A DNA stretch of 64,000 nucleotides from Thauera sp. (lineage in GTDB: Bacteria; Pseudomonadota; Gammaproteobacteria; Burkholderiales; Rhodocyclaceae), in assembly GCF_024235615.1 (NCBI RefSeq), contig NZ_JACKMB010000002.1; one strand, given 5' to 3'. Both the position numbers and the translations under genes were made by a program. Within the stretch, counting starts at the first letter, position 1; each line of letters begins with the position of its first letter. Below the pieces are notes generated by a model. That model saw only the letters and a program-made list of their open reading frames with translations. It was not told the DNA's origin and ran no database searches. Below are positions 1 to 7,707 of the stretch, piece after piece.

Positions 1-301
1 AGTCTGAACCGAGGACGTGACTGCCGACTTCCGAGTGGGGCGGCAAGTCGTGCGGTGTGCGAAACAGGTTCGTGCCGCGGGCGTCGGGGTGGATTGGCTT
101 GAGGGTATGGGTGACGATCTGGATCTGCGCGACGCGCCGGGCGGCGTCTGCAAGCCAGGTTTCGCGTGCATGCTGGGCGATCAGCTCGGGACGTTTCGGG
201 TCGTCGGCTGGCAGCTTGTCGAGCTTGGCATCGAGGCGCTCCTTGAGGAAGCGCTCGATCGTGGTGCGGAAAGCCGCCTGGCGTTCGGTGCGAGTAGTCA
301 T
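1..301 (-). CDS. csy1: Type I-F Cascade large subunit Cas8f/Csy1, 5' fragment running off the left edge
   Basis: Manual translation from ATG at 301 (SD GGGAG about 8 nt upstream): MTTRTERQAAFRTTIERFLKERLDAKLDKLPADDPKRPELIAQHARETWLADAARRVAQIQIVTHTLKPIHPDARGTNL. This matches the recalled Csy1 N-terminal signature WLxDAARRVxQxQxVTHxLKxIHPDARGxNL and lies in the expected position downstream of cas2-3. Not in the ORF track. Confidence 0.9.
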   Translation of the reverse strand, partial: MTTRTERQAAFRTTIERFLKERLDAKLDKLPADDPKRPELIAQHARETWLADAARRVAQIQIVTHTLKPIHPDARGTNLFRTPHDLPPHSEVGSHVLGSD

Positions 302-400
302 GGTGCGGCTCCCGAGGCACGATGACGGACATCTGAACTCGATTGCATTGCGCTTCTCCCCTTGGTCAAATGGTGACGCTGGTTCAATTTGAGGTGATCT

Positions 401-691
401 ATGAAGCCATCGGATGTACTGCGGCGCCGTGTTGACACGATCCGTGAAGCCGCGGCGCGATTCCATGTACGCAATCCTCGGGTGTTCGGCTCGGTCCTGC
501 ATGGGACCGACAAGGATGGCAGCGACCTCGATCTGCTTGTCGATCCACAACCTGGAACAACCTTGTTCGATCTTGGCGGGCTGCAGGTTGAGCTGGAAGA
601 TATGTTGGGCGTGCGGGTTGACGTGGTGACGCCGGGTGACTTGCCGGCTCGAATTCGAGCGCAAGTTATTGCCGAGGCCCGTCCGCTATGA
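401..691 (+). CDS. Minimal nucleotidyltransferase (MNT) antitoxin, MntA-like
   Basis: 96 aa with an exact GS-X10-DxD motif (GSVLHGTDKDGSDLD). SD GAGGTG at 391-396. ATGA overlap with the downstream HEPN gene. Confidence 0.92.
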   Translation: MKPSDVLRRRVDTIREAAARFHVRNPRVFGSVLHGTDKDGSDLDLLVDPQPGTTLFDLGGLQVELEDMLGVRVDVVTPGDLPARIRAQVIAEARPL

Positions 692-1059
692 GCGGTGCCG
701 ATCGGCTGATGCTTTGGATTGAGCAGATGGCCGAGGCGACCGGGAGCGCCTGCAGCTATGTCGAAGGGGTGGATTTTGCCGCCTTCGAACGTGACAAGCG
801 CACCCAGCAGGCTGTCGTCCTGAATCTGCTGTTGATCGGGGAGGCGGCAGCGCGGATCGTTGAAGGCGCGCCCGGATTCGTCGCTGCGCACCCAGAGATT
901 CCCTGGGCACCGATGCGGGGCATGCGCAACCGGATCGCCCACGGTTACTTCGAGCTGGATATCAAGGTCGTATGGGATACGGTCGGCAGCGCTTTGCCTG
1001 CACTCTCCCGACAGTTGCCGGGACTCTTGCGCGCAGCCGTTGAATTTGGCGCCGAATGA
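688..1059 (+). CDS. HEPN RNase toxin, HepT/DUF86-like
   Basis: 123 aa with AVVLNLLLIGEAA and the R-X4-H-X-Y motif RNRIAHGY, typical of DUF86/HepT. Translationally coupled to the MNT gene. Confidence 0.92.
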   Translation: MSGADRLMLWIEQMAEATGSACSYVEGVDFAAFERDKRTQQAVVLNLLLIGEAAARIVEGAPGFVAAHPEIPWAPMRGMRNRIAHGYFELDIKVVWDTVGSALPALSRQLPGLLRAAVEFGAE

Positions 1060-1085
1060 ACGCGCTTTAGGTGGCGATGCATTCA

Positions 1086-4000
1086 TCACCGGCTCCTCGT
1101 GAAACCCAGCGCAGGATGAAAACGCCAGCCCTGCATGCTCTCGGGTAGCGTCACGGTGCCGTAGCGTTCAGCGCACGCCTCCAATGTCATGCCGCGTTCC
1201 TGGGCGAGCTCGGTCAATGCCGCCATGTAGTCGGTGACACCCCACGGCGCCATGCGTGCGCCGGCGAGTTGTTCATCCGGGATGCGATGGTTGAGGCTGT
1301 CGTCTATCTTCACGTACAGGTTGCGATAGCGAGCCGGGCCCGGCTCGACGCGGTAGAGCGCGTAATCCTCGGCCTCTTCATCCGGTAGCAGGACAAGGTC
1401 CACTTTCGGTTCGGGATCATGGCGGAACGGTTGCTGCTGCGGCAGCACCGCGGTCAGCGAGACGCCGCGCTTCAGCCAGTGGGTGGTGGCGTTGATGTAC
1501 GCCTTTGGTCGCACGCCCTTCTTGAGTTTGTGGGCACTGATCACTTCGTTGTTTGATTGCGGGCGCATCTGGTTCTGGATGCGCGCGTGCTCAAGGTCGA
1601 CCAGCCGTGCCGTAGGCTGTAGCGCCTCGTCTGGTTTCGGCAGGATGCGCGGGCGGGCGTCGATGACGTCGCGTTGCCCGGCCTCGAGCAGGTCAGCAAG
1701 AGAATGGGACCGCAGCTTGAAACGCGGCTCTTCGGTCTCGAAGCCCGGGGTGCAATAGGCGGCTTTGCCGGGACGCTCGAAGTGACGAAGGTTGCAGTCC
1801 AGTACGCGGATGTTGGGCGTGTCGACTGCGCCGGGGCGGTGACGGCGCACCCGGCCGGCGAGCTGGATCAGTGAGCGCATCGAGGAGGGTTCGACCACGG
1901 CCCAGTCGTAATCGTGGTCGCGCCCGACCTCGGTGACCGGACTGCCGAGCACGATGAAGAGGTGGTCGGACTCGGGGTTGGCGTCGAGGCGGCTGCGGAT
2001 CTCGGGTCGAGCAAAGACCGCGTCGGGCGAGCGGCGGTCGAGTGTGGCGTCCAACTGGTGCTCGATGGCCGAGCGGATCAGCAGCGGATACTGCGAGTGG
2101 TAGGTGCAGAGGTGAATCTGCGTGTTTTCGGGCGCGCCGAGCGCGTAGAGGGCCAGTGCGACGTCGACCAGTGGGGCGATGTTCGCCATGCGGATCAAGC
2201 CGAAGCTGACGCGTTTGCCTGACACCGGGTCGACGGAATAGTGAGCGGAGTGCAGGACTAGCGCGGCCTCGCGCAGGATCGTTGCCATCGTGGAGCGCAG
2301 CGTGTCGCGTGGCTTGCCGGCGAGCGGGAGTGCGATGAGCTCGGCTCGCCGCCGCACGGCCTCCTTGGCGAGATGCGCATGACGGCGTCGGGCGAAATCG
2401 AGCTGGCGTTCGGCGAATGCATCGCCATCGGCGCAGTCGTGTCGCATCTGGTCGAACTCGTCCACCCACATGCAGCACACCTCTGGCGCAGCGCCTGGAC
2501 GCTCGCCACGATTGCGCTGGAACCAGCGCCGTCCGTCGAGATAGGCCTCGAACAGGCCTTGCACCAGCGCGGGCGGTAGCGTGGCGGAGGACAAGAGCAC
2601 GCGACTTCCAAGCAGGCCGGCCCAGTGAACGAGGCGGGCGAGGGCAGGGAGATCGTCGATGTCGAAGTCGTCGGGTTCGTCGAGCACCAGGTCGCCGCTC
2701 ATCAGGCGCAGCATGGGTGCGATCTGCCCGCCACCGCGCTGGCTCTCGGTGGCCGGGATCAGGTGATCGATGGTGCAGACGAGCAGCGGTGCGGCGAGCA
2801 GCTTGTGGATCCTTGGATCGTGTGACAGGCGCTGCAGCAGCGGATGGGCGATGTTGCCCTCGTAGATCACGCCGGCGTCTTTTGGCAGCAATGCCTGGGT
2901 CGAGGCCGATCCGCTTTGCTCGGCGAGTTGCTCGTAGTGCTCGAAGAGCTCCCGGTTTGCTGCGCCGCCCACGCGTATCGCAAGTGCATCATCGGAGAGC
3001 TGGAGTTCATCGCGGAACGCGCGGCCGGTCTGCAGCGTGAGGGTGCGCAGGCCGAGGGCGAAGGCGCAGCGCAGCCCGCGCGACGGGTCGGCGAGCGCGT
3101 TCATGATGCGGGCGTTGGCGAGGGTCTTGCCGCAGCCGGTGGAGGCCATATTGACGATGAATGCGCCCTGCCGGGATGCGGCTTCGCGCATCGCCTCGGC
3201 GAGGTCCGCCGCGCGGTCCTGCCAGCGGAAGCGGGGATCGGCACTGCGTTTGCGCAGGCCCTTGTGGCGGACCAGTCGTGGCAGGTGATGTTCGAAACCG
3301 GGTAGGGCATGGGCGACCATGCCGGCGTGCCGGGCGACGCCGAGCAAATGTTCGTCGAGGGTCTGATTGAACTTGCCGGTCTTGCGGTCGGTATTGGCGA
3401 ACAGCGGATAGGCCGGGTTGAGGTCGGAGCGCGCCGCTGGATCGGTGAGGCTGGAGTAGTGGTGATCGGCCAGCATCAGGGCGAGGCGGCCGAGATGCAT
3501 GACGTGCGGGTCTTGCAGCCAGTCTCGAGAGTCGGCACCCTGCACGATCGTCAACATGCGGCGTGCCACGCGCGCGGCGCGCTTTTTCCATGCGGCGGTC
3601 GTGATCGGTAGCCCTTGCGGAAATTTCCAATAGGGCTCAATCACTGCGCGGTCCTTGCTGTCCGCAAGTTCGTTCCAGTTTGCGTCCACCTGCTCCAGCA
3701 GCCGGTCCAGTTGTGCGGCGTGCAGGTTCCGCACACGCGCTCCGAGCCACTGCCAACGTCCGGCATCGTCCTTGGTCGGCATGACAGGCAGACGGTGATG
3801 GGTCAGCACGAGCCAGGCAATGACCCGTGCCAGCGGCGGAAGCGTGCCAAACGGCTTGTTGTCTTGCGCAGCGGGGTCGAGTCCGTCACACAGCCCGTGC
3901 TCGCCCAGGCCCACGGTCCAACTCTCGTCGTCGTCCCCCGACGGGTTGATGAGCCGCTCGAGCCATTCGGCGTCGCCGCTGTCGCCGACGAAGGCCTGGA

Positions 4001-4469
4001 ACAGGCGTAGCGATACCCACTCGTGACGATATAGGTTGCGCTCGATGGGTCCCTTTGCCTGCAGCCTTTGCTGAAAGGCGAGGCAGGCCTTGCCCAGGTC
4101 GTGCAGCAGTGCCGCAAGCGAGGCCAGCAGGTGGATCAATGCGAGGCTGTGCCAGTCGTTCTCGGATTCCGTCCGCAGTACGTTGCGTCGCGTCGTGTTG
4201 GTCGGCGTCGCGCCCCGGTCGCTGAACTGCCGCGCATCGCCGACGATCCACAGCAACTCGCTATGGTCCTTGCTGCGAATCCAGTGGCAGGCCACTGCGG
4301 TGTTCTTGCGGGCGGTCTTGCGCAGCAGGCGGTGCAGCGTTTCCAGTCCGGCCCGAGTGATGGGCGTCTGCCAGGTGCGATCCCCCCGGCGCTCGGCGAA
4401 TTGGTCGAGGATACGCCGCGTCTCGGTGAGCGCGTTCTTCGTGCATTGAGAGATGAGGAGCACGTTCAT
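1086..4469 (-). CDS. cas3: Type I-F Cas2-Cas3 fusion nuclease-helicase
   Basis: 1127 aa. N-terminal Cas2-like region (MNVLLISQCTKNALTETRRILDQFAERRGDRTWQT), HD motifs (LLHDLGK, THH, LADH), Walker A ASTGCGKT, Walker B DEPD and motif VI QLAGRVRRHR. Overlaps the cas1 stop. Confidence 0.96.
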   Translation of the reverse strand: MNVLLISQCTKNALTETRRILDQFAERRGDRTWQTPITRAGLETLHRLLRKTARKNTAVACHWIRSKDHSELLWIVGDARQFSDRGATPTNTTRRNVLRTESENDWHSLALIHLLASLAALLHDLGKACLAFQQRLQAKGPIERNLYRHEWVSLRLFQAFVGDSGDAEWLERLINPSGDDDESWTVGLGEHGLCDGLDPAAQDNKPFGTLPPLARVIAWLVLTHHRLPVMPTKDDAGRWQWLGARVRNLHAAQLDRLLEQVDANWNELADSKDRAVIEPYWKFPQGLPITTAAWKKRAARVARRMLTIVQGADSRDWLQDPHVMHLGRLALMLADHHYSSLTDPAARSDLNPAYPLFANTDRKTGKFNQTLDEHLLGVARHAGMVAHALPGFEHHLPRLVRHKGLRKRSADPRFRWQDRAADLAEAMREAASRQGAFIVNMASTGCGKTLANARIMNALADPSRGLRCAFALGLRTLTLQTGRAFRDELQLSDDALAIRVGGAANRELFEHYEQLAEQSGSASTQALLPKDAGVIYEGNIAHPLLQRLSHDPRIHKLLAAPLLVCTIDHLIPATESQRGGGQIAPMLRLMSGDLVLDEPDDFDIDDLPALARLVHWAGLLGSRVLLSSATLPPALVQGLFEAYLDGRRWFQRNRGERPGAAPEVCCMWVDEFDQMRHDCADGDAFAERQLDFARRRHAHLAKEAVRRRAELIALPLAGKPRDTLRSTMATILREAALVLHSAHYSVDPVSGKRVSFGLIRMANIAPLVDVALALYALGAPENTQIHLCTYHSQYPLLIRSAIEHQLDATLDRRSPDAVFARPEIRSRLDANPESDHLFIVLGSPVTEVGRDHDYDWAVVEPSSMRSLIQLAGRVRRHRPGAVDTPNIRVLDCNLRHFERPGKAAYCTPGFETEEPRFKLRSHSLADLLEAGQRDVIDARPRILPKPDEALQPTARLVDLEHARIQNQMRPQSNNEVISAHKLKKGVRPKAYINATTHWLKRGVSLTAVLPQQQPFRHDPEPKVDLVLLPDEEAEDYALYRVEPGPARYRNLYVKIDDSLNHRIPDEQLAGARMAPWGVTDYMAALTELAQERGMTLEACAERYGTVTLPESMQGWRFHPALGFTRSR

Positions 4470-5443
4470 GCGGCGTGCTTTCCGGTTTCGGTGGCGATGG
4501 CCTTCAACGTGTCGATCATGTAGTCCAGGGCTTCCGCCTGCACCAAGGTCTCGACACAGCGTTCGCGGAACTCCTGCTCGCTATCGCCGCGCATAGCGGA
4601 AACGAAAGCCTGCGGGAGGATGAGCGCATCCTTGATCAGGTCGGCAACGTCGAATACCAGGCCGCCGCGGCGCGTCTTGCCGTGCAGCACGGCGAGACCG
4701 TGCGGGAGGCCGAGCACCCAGGTGGCAGTGGCGCCCAGCCCATAGGCGAGATAGTTGCCGTGGTCCAGGAAGCGGTTCGCCGGATCTCCACCGCTGCCAC
4801 CCTTGGCGCGCGTGAAGTCCCCGTAACCGGTGGCATCGCATGCAAGCCGGAACAGCGTCTTGGTAAGACGGGCTTCCTCGGTGAGGAGAGCCGTGTTGTC
4901 CGGTGCAGCGAGCATGGTGCGCCGGGAGGCCGCCAGGGCGGTTTCGAGTCGCTCGCGGGGAACGTCGAAGCCTGCTTCCGAAAGCGCGCGATTGTCGATC
5001 CAGTGTCCGGTGATGCGTGTCAGCCGCGCCTGCTGGAGGGCTTTGGCCGCGCGGAGTCGCAATGCGTCGTCGAACCAGAAGCGTACCCACGGCTGCAGGT
5101 ACTCGGTTGGTCGGTACTCGCTTTGCGGCGAGAACCAAGCGACGTCGAAGTCGACTTCGTTGGCGCTGAAGAGTGGCGTACCGCCGCCACCGCAGAAACC
5201 CACCATAACGCCTGCCTTGGCGAGTTCCCTCATGGCGGCCTGGGTGATGGAGGTTCCCGTTCCGAGCAGAAGGGTCGTGGTGTTGGCAATCGGGATGTTC
5301 CAGTACGCCGACCGGCTGCCCTCGTCGGTGACGTATTCCACCCGGCCGCCATTCACCAGCACGCGGCAATGCTCCAGGTAGTACAGGTTGGCGCGCTTGG
5401 AGTGGAGGATGGTCTTGAGGTCGGATGGCGAGATTTCGTGCAT
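4466..5443 (-). CDS. cas1: Type I-F CRISPR integrase Cas1
   Basis: Start placed at ATG 5443 (SD GGAG upstream): MHEISPSDLKTILHSKRANLYYLEHCRVLVNGGRVEY, with NRFLDHGNYLAYG and HGKTRRGGLVFDVAD motifs typical of I-F Cas1. 325 aa. Confidence 0.96.
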   Translation of the reverse strand: MHEISPSDLKTILHSKRANLYYLEHCRVLVNGGRVEYVTDEGSRSAYWNIPIANTTTLLLGTGTSITQAAMRELAKAGVMVGFCGGGGTPLFSANEVDFDVAWFSPQSEYRPTEYLQPWVRFWFDDALRLRAAKALQQARLTRITGHWIDNRALSEAGFDVPRERLETALAASRRTMLAAPDNTALLTEEARLTKTLFRLACDATGYGDFTRAKGGSGGDPANRFLDHGNYLAYGLGATATWVLGLPHGLAVLHGKTRRGGLVFDVADLIKDALILPQAFVSAMRGDSEQEFRERCVETLVQAEALDYMIDTLKAIATETGKHAA

Positions 5444-5687
5444 CGCAGATCGGTCTCCAGGTGAAGCAACTGGCATTGCCGGACAAGTATAGATGCATGG
5501 CGCTGCCGACCTGCCTCCGACTCGCGCGAGCTGGCCGGTGGGCGGCACCGAGTCCGGCAGTTCCCCGCGCGCGATGCGGCGCATCATCGGAGCAGCGACT
5601 GTGTGGAACAGAACCACCGCCCGCCCCCCTCCCGGCGCCCGCCGAACCCGCCCCTCATGTTCCCATCGATAAATCTGATGATTTGCA

Positions 5688-5716
5688 TTGACATGCCTCG
5701 CGGGCTCCCTTAGGCT
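5688..5716 (+). promoter_or_regulatory. sigma70 promoter of the lldP-lutABC operon
   Basis: TTGACA (5688-5693), 17-nt spacer, TAGGCT (5711-5716). Confidence 0.7.
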
Positions 5717-5724
5717 GGTGCAAC

Positions 5725-5757
5725 TTCCGGTAAAGTGGTATTACCAATTTACCGGAA
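5725..5757. promoter_or_regulatory. GntR/FadR-family (LldR/PdhR-type) operator inside a 33-bp palindrome
   Basis: TTCCGGTAAA-G-TGGTA-T-TACCA-A-TTTACCGGAA. The core AAGTGGTATTACCAATT (5733-5749) fits the AATTGGTnnnACCAATT consensus and lies just downstream of the -10 element. Confidence 0.75.
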
Positions 5758-5880
5758 AGACGAAGGCACACTCATCCAGATTTCATGAAATCCATCCGAA
5801 GGGGGAAGGGGCAATGATGGTTCGATCGATGTTCATGGCGGCGCGCACGATGCGCGCGCCGGTCTGAGGCGGGGGCTCCC

Positions 5881-7578
5881 ATGCAGCCGGGTACGCTCGC
5901 ATTCCTCGCCTTTTCTCCGATCCTGCTCGCCGCGGTGTTGCTGGTGGGCCTGCGCTGGCCCGCCAAGCGCGCGATGCCGGTCGTCTATTTCCTCACCGCG
6001 GGCATCGGCCTGTACGTGTGGGAGATGAGCCTCAACCGCGTGCTCGCCTCGACCCTGCAGGGGCTGGTGATCACGGTCGGGGTGCTGTGGATCATCTTCG
6101 GCGCCATCCTGCTGCTCAACACGCTGAAGTACTCGGGCGGCATCACCGCGATCCGCGCGGGCTTCGCAACGATCAGCCCCGACCGCCGCATCCAGGCGAT
6201 CATCATCGCGTGGCTGTTCGGCTGCTTCATCGAGGGCGCGTCGGGCTTCGGCACGCCGGCGGCGATCGCCGCGCCGCTGCTGGTGGCGATCGGCTTCCCG
6301 GCGCTGGCGGCGGTGCTGCTCGGCATGCTGGTGCAGAGCACGCCGGTGTCCTTCGGTGCGGTGGGTACGCCGATCATCATCGGCGTCAATAGCGGCCTCG
6401 ACAGCGCGACGATCGGGGCGCAGCTCGCCGCCAAGGGCTCGAGCTGGGACGTCTTCCTGCAGGTGATCACCGGCAACGTGGCGATCATCCATGCCATGGT
6501 CGGCACGGTGATCCCGCTGATCATGGTGATCATGCTCACCCGCTTCTTCGGCCGCGAGAAGAGCTGGAAGGCCGGCCTCGAGGTGCTGCCCTTCGCGCTC
6601 TTCGCGGGGGTCGCCTTCACCGTGCCGTACGCCTTCACCGGCGTCTTCCTGGGGCCGGAGTTCCCCTCGCTGCTGGGCGGCCTGGTGGGCCTGGCCATCG
6701 TCACCAGCGCGGCGCGCTTCGGCTTCCTGGTGCCGAAGAAGACCTGGGACTTCGCCGACCCGAAGGAGTGGCCGAGCGAGTGGATGGGCAGCATCGAGAT
6801 GAAGCTCGACCAGCTGCCGCATCACCAGCCGATCAGCATCTTCCGCGCCTGGCTGCCCTACGTGCTGGTGGGGGCGCTGCTGGTGCTGAGCCGGGTCTTC
6901 CCCGAGATCGGCGGGGCGATGAAGTCGGTGGTGATCGTGTTCGCCGACATCCTGGGCGAGAAGGGCATCAAGGCCGACTTCCAGCCGCTCTACCTGCCCG
7001 GCGGCATCCTGGTGGCGGTGGTGCTGATCACCGTGTTCCTGCACGGCATGCACGCGCGCTCGCTGGTGAAGGCGGTGGGCGAGTCCTCGCGCGTGCTGCT
7101 CGGCGCCGGCTTCGTGCTGCTGTTCACCGTGCCGATGGTGCGCATCCTGATCAACTCGGGGGTGAACGCCGCCGACCTGCCGAGCATGCCGATCGCGATG
7201 GCGCGCTGGGTGGCCGACAGCGTGGGCAACGTGTATCCGCTGCTGGCGCCCTCGGTGGGCGCGCTCGGAGCCTTCATCGCGGGCTCGAACACGGTCAGCA
7301 ACATGATGCTGAGTCAGTTCCAGTTCGGCGTGGCGACCTCGCTCGGGGTGTCCACGGCGATGATCGTGGCGGTGCAGGCGATCGGCGCGGCCGCCGGCAA
7401 CATGGTGGCGATCCACAACGTGGTGGCGGCCTCGGCGACCGTGGGCCTGCTCGGCCGCGAGGGCGCGATCCTGCGCAAGACCTTCTGGCCGACGGTCTAT
7501 TACGTGCTGATGACCGGCGCGGTGGCGATGGTCGCGATCTACGTCCTCGGCGTGTCCGACCCGCTGCTCGCCGGCTGA
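5881..7578 (+). CDS. lldP: L-lactate permease
   Basis: 565 aa, highly hydrophobic, with the [14 protein letters not shown] motif of the LctP family. Heads the lut genes. Confidence 0.93.
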   Translation: MQPGTLAFLAFSPILLAAVLLVGLRWPAKRAMPVVYFLTAGIGLYVWEMSLNRVLASTLQGLVITVGVLWIIFGAILLLNTLKYSGGITAIRAGFATISPDRRIQAIIIAWLFGCFIEGASGFGTPAAIAAPLLVAIGFPALAAVLLGMLVQSTPVSFGAVGTPIIIGVNSGLDSATIGAQLAAKGSSWDVFLQVITGNVAIIHAMVGTVIPLIMVIMLTRFFGREKSWKAGLEVLPFALFAGVAFTVPYAFTGVFLGPEFPSLLGGLVGLAIVTSAARFGFLVPKKTWDFADPKEWPSEWMGSIEMKLDQLPHHQPISIFRAWLPYVLVGALLVLSRVFPEIGGAMKSVVIVFADILGEKGIKADFQPLYLPGGILVAVVLITVFLHGMHARSLVKAVGESSRVLLGAGFVLLFTVPMVRILINSGVNAADLPSMPIAMARWVADSVGNVYPLLAPSVGALGAFIAGSNTVSNMMLSQFQFGVATSLGVSTAMIVAVQAIGAAAGNMVAIHNVVAASATVGLLGREGAILRKTFWPTVYYVLMTGAVAMVAIYVLGVSDPLLAG

Positions 7579-7707
7579 GCGCCGCAGCGGGGGGGGGCTC
7601 CGGCATCCCCCGCGCGGCCGTCCCTCCTGCAGTCGAGGCCTGGCCGCGGCTGCAGTGCATTCCAGATCCCTGCAATCCAGAACCCAGCAACCCCGGAGCC
7701 CAGGCAC

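Noticed and set aside
17-392. Plus-strand ORFs 17-325 and 57-392
   Set aside because: Antisense shadows of the csy1 5' end, with no recognisable motifs.
302-400. Search for a degenerate I-F repeat or CreA/CreR-like mini-array around the TA (also 1060-1085 and 5444-5690)
   Set aside because: Only fragments such as GTTCAG or TCGCCACC were found. There is no CTGCC-N5-GGCAG Cas6f hairpin and no repeat pair. The cognate array is outside the window, so a diverged repeat cannot be fully excluded.
5486-5491. TATACT -10 box upstream of cas1 (minus strand)
   Set aside because: No matching -35 or extended -10 at proper spacing. Plausible but not supportable.
5444-5617. 58-codon N-terminal extension of Cas1 in the ORF track
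   Set aside because: The known I-F Cas1 N-terminus begins at ATG 5443, which has an SD. The extension is non-homologous upstream sequence.
7581-7707. G9 run, two GC hairpins and CCAG-rich quasi-repeats (TGCAWTCCAG twice) between lldP and lutA
   Set aside because: Too short and irregular to call a repeat family. Probably mRNA-stabilising stems and low-complexity spacer.
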